Below are positions 13,268-27,419 of a stretch of 64,000 bases of DNA, in pieces. Source of the DNA: Eledone cirrhosa (Eukaryota); assembly GCA_964016885.1 (NCBI GenBank), contig OZ024741.1:129580001-129644000 (forward strand), written 5' to 3'. The first letter of the stretch is position 1. Every line of letters begins with the position of its first letter. A model generated the notes under the pieces. The model was not told the origin of the DNA. It made no database searches and was given only the letters and a program-made list of their open reading frames with translations. Made by a program: the position numbers and the translations under genes.

Positions 13268-15005
13268 CACTGTGTAACAAAAAAAATTTTTTTCTCTGTT
13301 CTTGGCTTGTAATCACTTTTTTGTGTTGCTTAGGTCCCAAATAAATAAAAAAAAGTGCTATTAAACAGTTAAAAGTTTGGGTTTGTAAAAATTCTAAGCT
13401 ATTCAGTAGAATTATTTGTATGCTGGATTTTAAGTTGTATGTAAGTTTAATTTGCTTATATTAAATGATTTTTTTTAATATATGTTTCAGGTTAAATTAA
13501 AATTATAAAATAAACAGTAATACCTAAAGAAAATTTTAAAAGTGCAATAAAGTATAAAATTGTTAAAAAGTGGATTAAAGAGATTTATTGATACTGGATT
13601 TTCGCACCCTGAATAAAGGGTAAGTTGTGTTTTAAGCATTCGTCTCCAGGATGAAGCAGTGGAACTTGGTCAAGGAGGAAGTGCAGGTGACAAGTCAGAG
13701 AAGTCGACACAAACCTTTCTCACACTTTTACACTCTTAGGGATGGCCTCTACTTCTGCCATGACATGCCTGGACTGTTTGACGTTATTGGGTGCCGCTTG
13801 TGCCCAAGGAGTGGCGGCTATTTATAGACAGCTCCACCACAAGTTTGAAGGCTGTCCTCCTCCACAATGGACACAAGTTCCTGACACTTCCCCTAGCTCA
13901 TTCAGTCTGCCTGAAGGAAGATTACTAGTGTGAAAGTCCTCTTGGAAGCTCTGCAATACAACCAGTACAATTGGGAAATCATTGGAGACTTCAAAATGGT
14001 GGCTTTCCTGCTTGGACTCCAAGGAGGCTTTATCAAATTCCAATGCTTCCTCTGCCTTTGGGACAGCAGAGCCACCTCTGACCGCTACAAAAGAAAGAAC
14101 TGGGAACAGCGAACAGAATTTGTAGTTGGGACCCGGAACGTCATGTAGGAGACACTGGTTGATCCCAGGATTGTGCTCATGCCACTACTGCACATTAAGT
14201 TGGGGTTGATGAGCAGTTTGTGAAGGCTCTCAACCAAGAATCAGCCGCTTTTAAGTACCTTCTTGAGTTCTTCCCCAAGTTATCTGAGGCCAAAATCAAA
14301 GGTGGAATTTTTGTTGGACCTAAGATAAAGGTGTTTGAGTCTACCGAGTTCTCCAATAAGCTCAATAGGATTGAGAGAACAGCATGGAACTGTTTCAAGG
14401 CAGTTGTTAAGGGCTTCCTGGGCAACTACAGAGCTGAAAACTACTAGCAACTGGTGCAGGATCTGATAAAGGCTTTTGGCGTCATGGGATGCAGGATGTC
14501 GCTTAAACTCCATATGCTGGACGCTCACCTGGAAAAATTCAAGGACAATATGGGTGCCTACTCAGAAGAACAAGGCGAACGATTCCACCAAGATGTGAAA
14601 GAAATAGAGCGGAGGTACCAGGGCCACTACAATGAAAAAATGATGGGGGACTATATCTGGGGGCTAGTGCGGGAATGCGATCTGGACTACAACCGCAAAT
14701 CCAGGAAATCCAGTCATTTCTGACATGTATAAATTGCTTTATAAGTGTTATATGTTTTTACTTATTTGCTTTTGATAAGCTTGTGTAATAAAATAAATAT
14801 ATACTCTGTTGATTTAATTATATGAACTGATAAATAAAAAAAAATGTGGTTTTTTCTTGAAAAATATGAAAATTTCGAAATATAAAACTCCTGACCACAA
14901 ACCCAAACTTCTGATTAAATAATAGTGTTTTTTTTATAATAATGGGATATAACAAACCTTGAAATGACACTTAGAACCGGGGAACAAAAAATATGTTACA
15001 CGGTG
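13268..15005 (+). mobile_element. Chapaev3-like (CMC superfamily) DNA transposon, internally deleted and degenerate
   Basis: TIRs CACTGTGTAACA...TGTTACACGGTG; 3-bp TAA duplication on both sides; transposase remnants CFLCLWDSRA, PLLHIKLGL, LSEAKIKGGIFVGP, MSLKLHML..H, SEEQGERFHQD. Confidence 0.75.
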
Positions 15006-16049
15006 TAATTAAGGTTTTTCATGTGTTTTGAACTAATCTGACATCCATCAATCTTGCTGTCAACTTAGTTTCTGAAAAGAGAATGGTCGGGTCAAGTTTG
15101 GGGATACTTTACTGCTCTTTCTAGCACACAGATACTGTCTGTCTTTTAGTCATGCTATCTTTATATGTAGATGGAAACACTACTCCACCTCTCACTCAAT
15201 CTATCTCCCCCTCTCTCTAACTAACTAAAACTTTTCTAGGTGTTTTCATTTTTTGTCAGCCAATCTGATATCTGAGTCACTCGACAACAAGTTCTTTTTC
15301 CGAAAAGGAAGGGAAAGAGGACCCTTGGAGTTTCAGATAAGTATATCTTAGCCATTTAAATTTATAGAAAAGCACCTGCTGGGGACCCCAAAAAAACATA
15401 ATAGGAAGGGACAAGGGGGAAACCTAAAAAGTATGTGTGCAAATATGTCAACAATGGTTCCTATGCTGCCATTATTGCGCTACAAAAATGAAATATATCC
15501 AACAAGGTCTCCAACTTCCAATGTAGCTGATATATCAGCAGTAGAGGGGTGGGGCAAGTGGTTGACCCTCAGATTTTCCCAGCCTTGGAGATTTCCTCTG
15601 TGGGAATTTTTTTCTGACTCACCAATGACTCTTTTTTCCAAAAATAGAGGTGGGGAGTGAGGGTGACCCTTGGAGTTACAGAGAAGTACCTCTTTAGCCA
15701 TTTAAATTTATAGGAAAGCATGTGTTTTCAATTAATCTGACATCCGACATACTCACAATCGTCTTCTTTTCTGAAAATGGAATTAGGGGAGGGGGGGAGG
15801 AGGCTCAGATTTTACCAGCCTTGGAAGATTCTTCAGTTCGAATAACAGAGACAGGAAAGGAGGGGGACTCTCAAAGTTAGAGATAAACACCTCTGTCGTT
15901 TAAATTTATAGAAAAGTAATCCCTTTATACTGATCATTTTCTACCGTTGTAGAAAGCATTGATAGCTCAATTAATCAAGTGTTCCCCAGTTTCAAAATCC
16001 ACTATTCCTATGAGGAGTGGCTGTGTGAAAGAGCAATCCTTGCCCCACA

Positions 16050-16880
16050 AAAAAAATGATGAGGAAGTGGCCTTTTGCTGCTTACTATCCCGGTGCAGCT
16101 GCTACATGTAAAGCCTACATTCTTAACTAAGCTTCCTGAGATCCCACTACATCTCTTGTGTACCCATAGTTTGCATTTGGGGCAGGGGATGGAATTTCTA
16201 CCTACACCTTTCCTACATACTGAGCAAAGCCATTTCTCTGAGGGGATCTGGGTTCTATTTTCTTGTCTACTTACGAGGACCTTAGTCTTTGTCAAGTTGA
16301 CTTTAAGACCCCTTCTTTCTAGTCCCTGCTTCCATGTTTGGAATTTCTTCTCTAGTTCCGCCATAGATTCAGCTATAAGTGTAAGATAATCTATGTACAG
16401 AAGTTCCCATGGGCATCCGGTTGTAAACTCCTCTGTTATAGCCTGCAATACTATAATAAACAGGAGAGGGAAAGAACAGAGTCCTAGTGGACACCAACCT
16501 GTATGCTAAATTCCTCGCTATAGTCATTGTTAACTCTAACTTTGCTGACTGCTCCTCTATAGATGGCTTGTAGAGCTTTCACAAGCCATTCATCTACTCC
16601 TAGTTGTCTAAGAGCCCACCAGATTATAGCACGGGGCACTCTGTCGAAGGATTTTCCAGATCGACAAATGCCAGGTAGAGTGGCTTACTTTTAGCTAAGT
16701 ACTTTTCCTGTAACTGCCTTACAAGGAAGAGAGCATCAGTGGTGCTTTTTCCTGGCACAAACCTAAACTGCATTTTATCTAGTTTTACCCGGTCCCTAAT
16801 CAACTGTGCTATAACTCTCCATTACTTTCATGACCTGGTCCATCAGCTTTATACCTCTATAGTTTCCTCTATCTACATAA
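16050..16880 (-). mobile_element. RTE-clade LINE internal fragment (RT), degenerate
   Basis: QAITEEFTTGCPWELLY..., WLCSVCRKGVGRNSI; same family as above. Confidence 0.85.
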
Positions 16881-17149
16881 TTCTGCAAATAACACGTGAT
16901 GAAATCGCCTTGTCTTGCATCATAATCAGAAGATAGAGCTGGGCCATTGAAATATGTATAGTGATTTTGCAGAATTAAAATTCTAAAGTAAATTTTCCAG
17001 TCCGTCCTTCTGTTGTTGTTTTAATGTATGTATGATCATCATTGTTTAAAGTCCATCATCCACGCTAGCATAGGTTGGATGGTTTTGTCCCACTTGAGGC
17101 AAAATTGGTTGAGAGACTGTCTCGTTAATACAAAATGGTTTTTAATTTG

Positions 17150-17800
17150 AGTGAGGTGGGGAATCCATTCTTTATTCTTTTATTTTTTTCAGGGGGAGGG
17201 GACCGTTTTTTATTGGGGGGGAGGTATGCTTTTTTATTTAGATGATCCGTTTTTTTATTTGGGGGATATCCATTTTTTATTGGGGAGATCCATTTTTTTA
17301 ATTGGGGTGGGGTGCATTTTTTATTGGGAGGATCCGTTTTTTTATTGGGGGGGGGGGGCGTTTTTTATTTGGGTGAGATCCATTTTTTATATGGGGGGAT
17401 CCGTTTTTTATTTGGCAGGATCCGTTTTTTATTGGTGGGACCCATTTTTTTATTGGGGGATCCGTTTTTTATTTGGGGGGATCCGTTTTTTTATTGGGGA
17501 AGATCCTTTTTTATTTGGTGGGGAGAGGTCCGTTTTTTATTGGAGAGGGTCCATTTTTTATTGGGGGGTGGTTCGCTTTTTATTGGGGGGATCTGTTTTT
17601 TATTTGGGTGGGATCCATTTTTTATTTGGGGGTGTCCTTTTTTATTTTTTTTTTGGGGGGGGGGTCCTTTTTTATTTGGGGGGGGGATCCGTTTTTTATT
17701 GGTGGTGGTGGTGGGGGGTTAATGGGGAGGGGGTGCGTTTTTATTTGGGGGGATCCTTTTTTATTGGGGGGGGTCTGATTTTTATTTGGTGGAGGGTCCA
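17150..17800. repeat. ~20-bp minisatellite (GGGGGGATCCGTTTTTTATT)n
   Basis: About 30 degenerate units read directly. Confidence 0.9.
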
Positions 17801-18397
17801 TATATATATATATATAACTATCAATGTGTATAAATGATTTAAACTGGCCAAGAACTTTTTGGCAGGAATTCAAATTTTTTAATTTAACCCACCAAACATG
17901 TTTTCTTAAGAGCGGTCTTCCTCTTTTTTTTTAGAGATCATGCGTCATGACAGTACTGAACTGTTAGGATTGTGTATGGATGTGTTCACTTGAGGGATGT
18001 GTTCACTATGTTGGGATGGGCTTCTTCTGCTAATGAAGAGCGTGTATGGATGTGTTCACTTGAGAGATGTGTTCACTATGTTGGGATGGGCTTCTTCTGC
18101 TAATGAAGAGCAGCATAACCCGAATGCATAATATCTGCTGATACTAGGCAATTCTAAGCACATAACACTTTTAATAACAACTGTTATAAGCAGAATTCTT
18201 CTCAGAAACAGTACTATCTGGGATTTTGATATGCAAGTATCATCTCCCAAACACTGCCATCTTACTTACTGATTTACTATAAGTATGCAGTTTGGCAATT
18301 TGTTTGCATTTTCTCACTTGCAAACCTATTAACTCATTGAGTAAGTGGTCCCCAGGACTCACTGAAGTAAATTTGGTGACCTTTGAAAACTAATGTG

Positions 18398-18439
<42 letters not shown>

Positions 18440-18737
18440 CATATATATATAGGTGTCACGACAAAAAGTACCTAGTATTCACTGTAAATGAGTTTGGTGT
18501 TAGGAAGGGCATTCAGCTGTAGAAACCAAGCCAAAATCAGTTTTGTACGGGCAAGACTTGGTCACCTGACCTAGCATTGCCCACACAGGACAACTCCTCT
18601 AACCCATGCTAGCATAAATTAATGGATGTTAAATGGTGATATATATATATATATATACATACACTCACACAAATAAACTAAATACTTGCGCTGAGATGTG
18701 GGGTAGGGGTTAGATGGAAATCTTAAAGACAACTTAC

Positions 18738-18862
18738 TTGAGTTTTTTTTGAGAAAATTCTTTGTGTCTGGAATTTCCACTTTGGCTGGACCCATAGTTT
18801 TGGCAACCCGCTGGTTGCGTTTTTCTTCAAACTTCATGAGATCATGATGTTTTGATATATAC
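18738..18862 (-). CDS. ENKUR: Enkurin, coding exon 2 (YISKHHDLMKFEEKRNQRVAKTMGPAKVEIPDTKNFLKKNS)
   Basis: Acceptor tttcAG at 18863; diagnostic KTMGPAKVE.P..K.FLKK motif; donor A|GTAAGT at 18737 gives the phase 1 that exon 3 needs. An alternative phase-1 GC donor at 18689 is possible. Confidence 0.88.
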
Positions 18863-19252
18863 CTGAAAGAGAATTAGTATATCTTGTTGTTATGTACCTG
18901 AAGGTAGTTTTCGTCTGATCATCATCATAATTTGATGTGTACCTGAAGCAGTGGGAGTGTCACATGTCTGACCATGCTGTTTTGTCACATGTCTGACCAT
19001 GGTGTCACCTGCCTGAGTGTCACCTGCTTTCATGTGTACCTGAAGCTGTGAGAGTGTCACTTGCCTGACCATGATTTTGTTGCTATGTACCTGAAGTAGA
19101 GGTAGTATATGCTGTTGTAATATATTTAGAGTGTCAGATTAAAAATGCCTTGGTATTTATTCCGACTCTCTACATCCTGAGTTCAATCCCTGCAGATGTC
19201 AACTTTGATTTTCCTTCTTCTGTTGGTTCTTCCTCTATCTCTCTTTATTATA

Positions 19253-19334
<82 letters not shown>

Positions 19335-19628
19335 CACACATACACTCCACTCTCTCTCTCTTCATTTTCTCAGGAAGAAATTAGTTGTGCTCTACATTAT
19401 CCCCATCATCACCATTTAATGTCCATTTTGCCATGTAGGCATGGTTTGGAGAGAAATGGGCTCTGCCAGGTTTAAATTCACCATGATATGATGTGTCTCA
19501 GGAGGGTGCCCTTAGGACTCCATCAAGAGTTATGAGCCCTTTACCTCATACATTTTTCCAGAAGAAAGGTGGTTTCCAGCATGGTTCATATAGTAATATA
19601 AAAGAGTACACACACACACTCATGCACA

Positions 19629-19686
<58 letters not shown>

Positions 19687-20044
19687 ATTCACCAGTAACC
19701 CTCTGTTTCCCTCTACTCACTCATCATATTTTCAATTCTTGGGGTGCATTTCTAGAATAATGCTTTTTCTATCAGAAATATTCATATAAATTGAAATAAT
19801 TCTTTCCAAAGTAGGGTTAGGGTTAGGGTTAGACTTAGGTGTGAAGGTTAAGGATTTAGGTTTAAGATTAATTCATGCATACTGTTTACATGACTCTCAA
19901 TCTGATGGATTCACACCAGGTGACACTTTTGAAACTGTTACTTTTAAAATTTAAGTATTTAAAGCATGCTATATTTGAATTATATAATATATATATTTGT
20001 GTAGGTGTCTGTGTATATTCATGTGCATGTGCATATATATATGT

Positions 20045-22928
20045 CATCATCATCATCATCATCATCATCATCGTTTAACGTCCGTGTTCCACGCTTGCAT
20101 GGGTTTGGACGGGGGTTTTCCCACTTGAGGCAAGAGTGATTGTCTTGCTCGCATAGGACTGTCTGGCGGGTTTTCTACAGCTGGATGCCCTTCCTAACAC
20201 CAACCACATTTACAGTGTGGGGCTGGGAGGTTTTTACCGTGTTGCCTACACGGCCACATTACAGCGTGGACTGTCTGGCGGGTTTTCTACAGCTGGCTGC
20301 CCTTCCTAACACCAACCACATTTACAGTGTGGGACTGGGAGGTTTTTACCATGTTACCTACACGGCCACATTACAGCGTGGACTGTGTTTTTTTGTCGTG
20401 ACACCTACACGATCTCATTTGTTTCGGCCTGGATGTTGTGGCACCAACATAACTTTACATTGAAAGGGGCGGTGTGGATGGGGTGGGGGTGGTGGGACGG
20501 GGGTGTATTTTGTTAGAGATGCCTACTGACTGTAGTAGGTTTTACTTTGTATTTAGGTAAGGCGGGTCTTCTCTATTACTGAGTACCGCCAAAGGTCTCG
20601 GTCCAGTGACATTGTCTTGGAGAGGTGTAAGTGTGTGAGGTCGGAATTTATCAGCTCGTCCCAGGTTTTTCTGGGTCTGCCTACTCCGTAGCTACCGTCT
20701 ATCTTTAGTGCCCTTCACTTTGTTATACAGCTGTCGTCTTTCATGCGCATCACGTGACCATACTAACGTAGCCTTCTCTCGAGTAAACAACATCTGATCC
20801 CTCTTATTTCTAATTTTTTCCTTAGTTCGCTTATGCTTTGCCGTTCACGTATGTTACCATTACACATCCAGCGGAGCATGCAAGCTTCGTTCCTCTCCAG
20901 TCTGCGTATATCCTCTGCACACAATGGCCAGGTCTCACTGCCATGCAACATTGCTGTTCGTATGCAGGCATCATACAACCTGCCTTTCATTTTTAGGGAG
21001 AACCCTTTAGTGGCTAATAGTGGTATAAGCTCTCTGAACTTTTTCCATCCAGTTCTGACTCTAGCTACTGTACTTTCAGAGCACCCTCCCCCACTGCTGA
21101 TTTTGTCACCCAGGTAACGGAAGCTGTCCACTATTTCTATAGAACCCTCTGCGCAATTGAAAGAGCTAGTATTTGTGGGCACTTGCTGCTACTTATTGCA
21201 CCAGAGCACCGGCCACATGTAAAATCTATGTTCTTAGTTAGCTTACCTGTGATCCCACTACATCTTTTATGCACCCATACTTTGCATTTGGGACATAAAA
21301 TGGAGTTTCTACCTATGCCTTTCCTACACACTGAGCATGGCCATTTCCCGGAAGGGACCGTCGCCTTATTTTCTTTCCTACAAACTAGAACTTTAGTCTT
21401 AGCCAGGTTAATTTTAAGCCCTTTTGATTCTAGGCCATGCTTCCATGTTTGGAATTTCTTCTCTAGCTCGGCCATTGATTCAGCTATGAGCGTTAGATCA
21501 TCTGCGTATAGGAGTTCCCATGGGCAGCCGGTCTTGAACTCCTCTGTTATAGCCTGAAGGGCAATAATAAATAGTAGGGGGCTAAGAACAGAACTCTGAT
21601 GGACACCAACTTTTACGCTAAACTCTTCACTATATTCGTTGTTAATTCTAACCTTGCTCACTGTTTCTTTATACATGGCTTGTATAGCTCTCACAAGCCA
21701 TTCGTCAACACCTAGTTTTCTAAGAGCCCACCAGATAATGGAACGGGCGACTCTGTCGAAGGCTTTCTCCAAGTCGACAAAGGCTAAGTATAGGGGTTTA
21801 CTTTTAGCTAGGTACTTCTCCAGTAGTTGTCGTACAATGAAAAGAGCGTCTGTGGTACTTTTGCCTGACACAAACCCGAACTGCATTTCATCTAGATCGA
21901 TTCTCTCTCTGATTAGTTGCACTATTACTTTTTCCGTGACCTTCATGACCTAGTCAATTAATTTAATGCCTCTATAGTTACTCCTATCTAGGGCGTCTCC
22001 TTTACCCTTGTAACAGTTAATGATGATGCTGCTACGCCAGTCCTTCGGAACAATCCCATTCTGTATGACTTGGTTTACTATCCGGGTGACCATGGTGTGT
22101 CCCACCATTCCAGAGGCCTTCAGCATCTCAGCAACTATTTCCGAAGGCCCAGCCGCCTTACCCGTCTTCATATCTTTGATTGCCTTACTTATTATACTAC
22201 CTTCAACTAACACTGCTGGTCCCTCTATTGGATCGATCTGGGGGAGACTATCCTTCTCCCATTTATTCTCCTCATTTAGTAGCCTCTCGTAGTGACACTT
22301 CCAAGCAACCTTCTTATCAGCGTCAGTGATGGCGAGTACGCCATCATCATTTAGTACACACTTCTCCCTAACAATATCACGATTTTCCTTGACACATTGC
22401 CTAGCAATCCTGAACACCTCACGTTTTTGGTCCTCGCATTGTAGAACATGCTTGAACTTTCTTTCCTCTGCTTCCCTTCTTGCGAAGTACACTTGTCTCC
22501 TAGCTTCCCTCCTGGCCACTTGATAGTCTTCTCTACTTCCCCCATCCCGCCATACTTTCCAAGCCTGCTTTTTGGCCTTAATTGACTCTTCCACCTTACT
22601 GTTCCACCACCTTACTGTTCCACCACCATGTTACTCTCCTCCTGCCTATAGGCCTGCTCCGGCCACAGACTTCGTCTGCCGCCATCAGCAGGTTTGCTTT
22701 CAGGAATTCCCACTGTCCCTCTATATTGTCCGACTCTAAATGCTCTTCCTTACTGTCGAAAGCATCAAGTAATATGCTTTTAAATTTATTTCTGGCTGTG
22801 GGGTCCTTTAGCTTCCATATTTTTCTCCTGAGGATAGTCCTCTTCTGCTGTCGAGTACGTCTCGTCCTGACTATGAGGTCGCTAATTATCAGTCTATGTT
22901 GGGAGGTGCATTCTTCATGGGGGAGGGA
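20045..22928 (-). mobile_element. RTE-clade LINE, 5'-truncated, long (~540 bp) 3' UTR, (ATG)n tail
   Basis: ORF pieces 23093-22596, 22594-21950, 21946-21137, 21182-20763 carry the same RT motifs as the 7.6-9.9 kb copy; the 3' UTR contains an internal ~110-bp tandem duplication. Confidence 0.88.
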
Positions 22929-23065
<137 letters not shown>

Positions 23066-23740
23066 TCACACACATATATACATACACACACATACCATGT
23101 AAGAGAGAAAAAAATGCTCATATGCATATTTTCCTTTTTTTTTTATTTCCCACCACAGAGGGACATGTGACAGACAGGCTGAAGCACCACACTTCCCTAC
23201 ACACACATGCACACATGTGTGTATCTTTTTATGTACACTCTCACACTCCTTAAAACCATATCCCCAAAATAGAATTTCTTTTACAACTCTACTGTTGCCA
23301 ATCCCATAGAATTTGTCTCTAGTCTACAATTCCCCTCCTTTGCCATTCCCATCTGAACTCTTGACCAGTCCACTAACACAATTGAGATTTTCTATGAGAA
23401 GGAATACAACTACCACCTCTCTCTCTATACACAAGAGTTCATTTTACAGTCTCCTTCTCAACAAGGAAGATGAAAAAACTTACCTCAGCACTTAATTTTA
23501 AATCTTTAATTTTTAGTTTTTAATACTTATTAATTCTTTTTAATTGTAATACACAGCATTTGATAAGATGAATTTTACTAATACATCAAAACTGGTAATA
23601 CTTTATATACATTATAAAACTCTTGTTTTAAAACAATTGTCCCTCTCATTTTTTCAATAATGCCACTTTGACGAATCAAAGAAAAGCAAAATAAAGAAAA
23701 ACAGACCCTTAAATATATTTTCAGTGCTATTTCCAATCTC

Positions 23741-23850
<110 letters not shown>

Positions 23851-24249
23851 GAAGGCACGTGGCTGAGAGAATTGGATTCGCAATCGTGAGGTTGTGAGTT
23901 TGATTCCCGATCAGGACCAGGCGATGAGTTATGTCTTTGAGCAAGACACTTTATTTCACGCTGCTCCTTCTACCTGGAGATGCGACCAATAGATACTATT
24001 AGCAATTGGAAAGACCAATGGAAGCATTGTTTCCTTGGTCCGATTTGACGAAAGTCAATCGACTGTTATATATAATATATGTGTAAAAGTAGTAACAAAA
24101 CTAACAAAACAAACAGCACAGTACATAGAAGAAATATATTAGTTAACCACTTGAAATAGCAGGAAGAGAGTATTAACGTTTCAGACACTATATACTTATG
24201 AGTGGATTCCCAATGGGTATTGGAAGATGACCGTAGTTAAAAGGTACTC

Positions 24250-24995
24250 AATATGTTTTTATGTCCACTTTTCCATGCTTTCATGAGTTGGATAGGAACT
24301 TCTGAGCATGGCATCTCTCCATTGTTGCATTCCTTTGTCATCTCCTTTGCCAGTTTTAGCGATTTGAGGTTGATCTCACAACCTCTGCCCAGGTCTTTCT
24401 TGGTCGTCCTCTATTGCAGTTTCTCTCCACTGGGATTTCCAGGCATATCTTCACCCAATGGTCATTGTCTGTGAGCATTACATGTCAGTACCAATGCAGT
24501 CTTCTCTCCTGCACACCATCTCAGATTCCTCTTAAGGCCAGCTTCTCCCACAGCTCATCCAAGCTCTATCTTTCTCTCACATTTATATTGCACATCCAAC
24601 GATGTCTACACATGTCCTCAGCAGTCACAGCATGGTGTTACTTAACTCAACAGAAGGTGATCTTTGACTTGCACTTGATAGGTTTGATGCTGAATGCTCC
24701 ATGGCTAGAATGAAAATCAGTGCTGCGGAAACTGAGACACTTGTCCTCTTAAGAAAGACTGTGCAGTGCACTCTGCATGTGAATATAGTTCCACTGAAGC
24801 AGTTGGAGAAGTTCAAGTATCTTCGGGCTGTGTTCATGAGTAATGGAAAGCAGGAGGCTGAATTAAGTGAAAGAATTGCAGGAGCTGGTGCCAATGTCAG
24901 CATTTGGTAATCAGAAAAGGGAAGTAGGTGTAAAAATCAAACTCGCTATTTTCAATTCAGTATTTGGGCCAACCCTTACATATGGTCATGAATCA
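24250..24995. mobile_element. Two adjoining degenerate LINE fragments (RTE 3' end on -, RT fragment on +)
   Basis: 24250-24620 is the reverse complement of an RTE 3' region; 24701-24995 reads MKIS..ETETLVL...QLEKFKYL...LTYGHES. Confidence 0.6.
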
Positions 24996-25769
24996 TATAT
25001 ATATATATATATATATATATAAATGAAAATATAGAAATTATTGTGAGCAAGAAGCCAACAGTACTTCATAATATATAAGTGACTATAACGTCAAAATGGA
25101 AAATAATTAACGTAAGATGTGGGAAAATAATTCAAACTCAATTTTGTGAAATCAGGGAAAAAACCAATAGAGTCTTAACTCAGAATAAAATAAAGTTTAA
25201 AATACTCATCCTTCAATTTGGAAAAACTACAAATGCTCTATATAGTCTTAAAAAGACTATTTCACGAAACTTTTCAGTGGGAATGGTCACGGTTGGAATC
25301 GTTTCTCAGTAGAGCTCAAACATGATAACCCTAAGGTCCACTGCCAAAATATGCCAAAAAGGGAATTTAAAAGCAGGCTAGTTCACCTCGTGCGGAATTA
25401 TGAAATAAACACACATGGAGAAACATGGTTGGTGACGTCAGAAAGAGACGAATGTCTATTTACAAGAAACAGCAGTCAAAAACATTCCGAAAAAACTCTA
25501 CAAGTGTAAGGAGTTCAGCAAAGTAGCAATATTATCGCGTTTTTTTAAAAAAAAAGACCGGGATTAGTCACAAATAATTTTAAGCACTCTAGGAAAAATT
25601 CCGAGCATAAATATAAATGAAAATATAGAAATTATTGTGAGCAAGAAGCCAACAGTATTCCATAATATATAAGTGACTACGGGAATTTTATGCACTCTCT
25701 TTCTATAAATATCTACACACACACATATATATATGTATATGTATATATGTATATGTATATATACATATA

Positions 25770-27200
25770 TTCTTTTTACCCTTAACTCTCTTGCTCTGAG
25801 CTTGAGCTGGTGTTACAGTGAAGCCTGAGTCCTGGTGTTTCTCCAGTGCAACGCGCATACCACTGTGATGATGAAAAGGTAGGGAGCCAATGTATCACCC
25901 TGGAACAATCCAGCCAGTATCTCTATGAACTCTGTTATCCCGTCAGGTACAACGGCTTGGGCTCTGGTGTTGGTGTAGAGCAGTAATATCAGGTTCACTA
26001 TCTTCTTCGAGATGTAAGATTTTCGTAAGGTCTTCGAAATGCTTTTAATTAAGCATACAGTGTATTGCAAAATACACTGTATATAAATTCATATATATAT
26101 CGCTATTTCAGAGAACCAATTCTAATTTTTATGTATATAGATATATATATATATATATACTAGCAGAATGGCCCGGCGTTGCTCAGGCTTCTAAACATAG
26201 ATTGGCATGTTTATCCCTCCTTTCTGAAACAGTACAGAGAAGTACGGAATACCTCAGCCTGGGGATGGTGTCTACATTTTGTGCTTATAACAAAAATTTG
26301 TCGTAGATCACCAGGGATTTAACTTAATTGGGTACCTGAGAGTAAAATGTTCAACCCACGAAAGCCAAGACGATAGGGTTAAGTAAAACCGAACATGTAT
26401 TTGTTGTGCTCTAGCTCCCTCTAGAATTCTCCTCAGCATCAAGACATCAGTTGCTGAATTTACTGACGACATAGCTCTAGTGACACAGTGAAGGAGGCAG
26501 AGGAGTTGATGCAAGAGATTATGTCGATGAGTGTAGGGCTAAGAATAAATCAGAGTAAAACAAAGTATCTGGTAGAGAACATCAAGGAGCCAGTGAAGAT
26601 TATGAATGTGAGTGGGAGGCTGCTAGAGGTAGTTGAGGACTTCCTGTATGAGGGAGCAAAGATTAGGAACACAGAGAATGATGTGGTGGAGAGGAAGAGC
26701 AAAACCTGGGCGACATGTCACAGTTTGAGGTCGGTGTGAAAGTCGGCCTTTATAGAAACCTGAAGATCAGTCTCTTCATCAGTACAGTGGAGTCTGTGCT
26801 ACTGCACGGGTCTGAGACTTGGACACTGACCAAGAGACTCACACAAATGGTGGATGGGTGTTCCACGAGGGTTCCACGGTGGGTGTGCTGAGGATAGCTC
26901 TGAACATTAATCAGTATGCACTGAGTATGAAGTACTCAGAGCTGTACAGGAGCCCCCCAAAAGTCAGCTCGAAAGTGACACTGAGGTTAGCTGGACATGC
27001 TCACCGACATTCAGAGTTGACTGCACTCAGTGGTCCTGTGGGAGCCCCTACATGGACACATGGGAGACATATGTTGATGCCTTAAGGACAGACACTGGAG
27101 GACACTGCAGGACATAACAGCGATGATGAAGGACAGAGTCCGCTGGAGAGAGCCCATCCATGGATCTCGGGAATTTTATGCACTCTCTTTCTATAAATAT
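25770..27200 (+). mobile_element. RTE-group LINE with an inverted 5' segment and an internal foreign block
   Basis: Minus-strand RT pieces (LRRILEGARAQQ near 26440-26400; FQGDTLAPYLFII near 25900) joined near 26445 to the plus-strand continuation (SVAEFTDDIAL, VGLRINQSKTKY, LHGSETW, LAGHAHRH). Confidence 0.7.
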
Positions 27201-27383
27201 GTACACACATACACATATATAATATATAAAACTTTAAGAGGGTGTCACTGTTCAATATATTGTATATTTTGTAGTGGGCTGGGGAATGGAAAATCCAAGG
27301 GCTGCCTCAGGTAGTACAGACTCAATATATGTCACTGCATCTAGTTCAACATCACAACCTGGTCATCAGATACCTTTTAGTAG

Positions 27384-27394
<11 letters not shown>

Positions 27395-27419
<25 letters not shown>

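Noticed and set aside
19812-19840. TTAGGG repeats as a telomeric remnant
   Set aside because: Only about three units and degenerate; not distinguishable from a chance simple repeat
25250-25285. CTGAAAA...GAAATAGTC on - as a hammerhead
   Set aside because: Core mutated and no credible stems I or II
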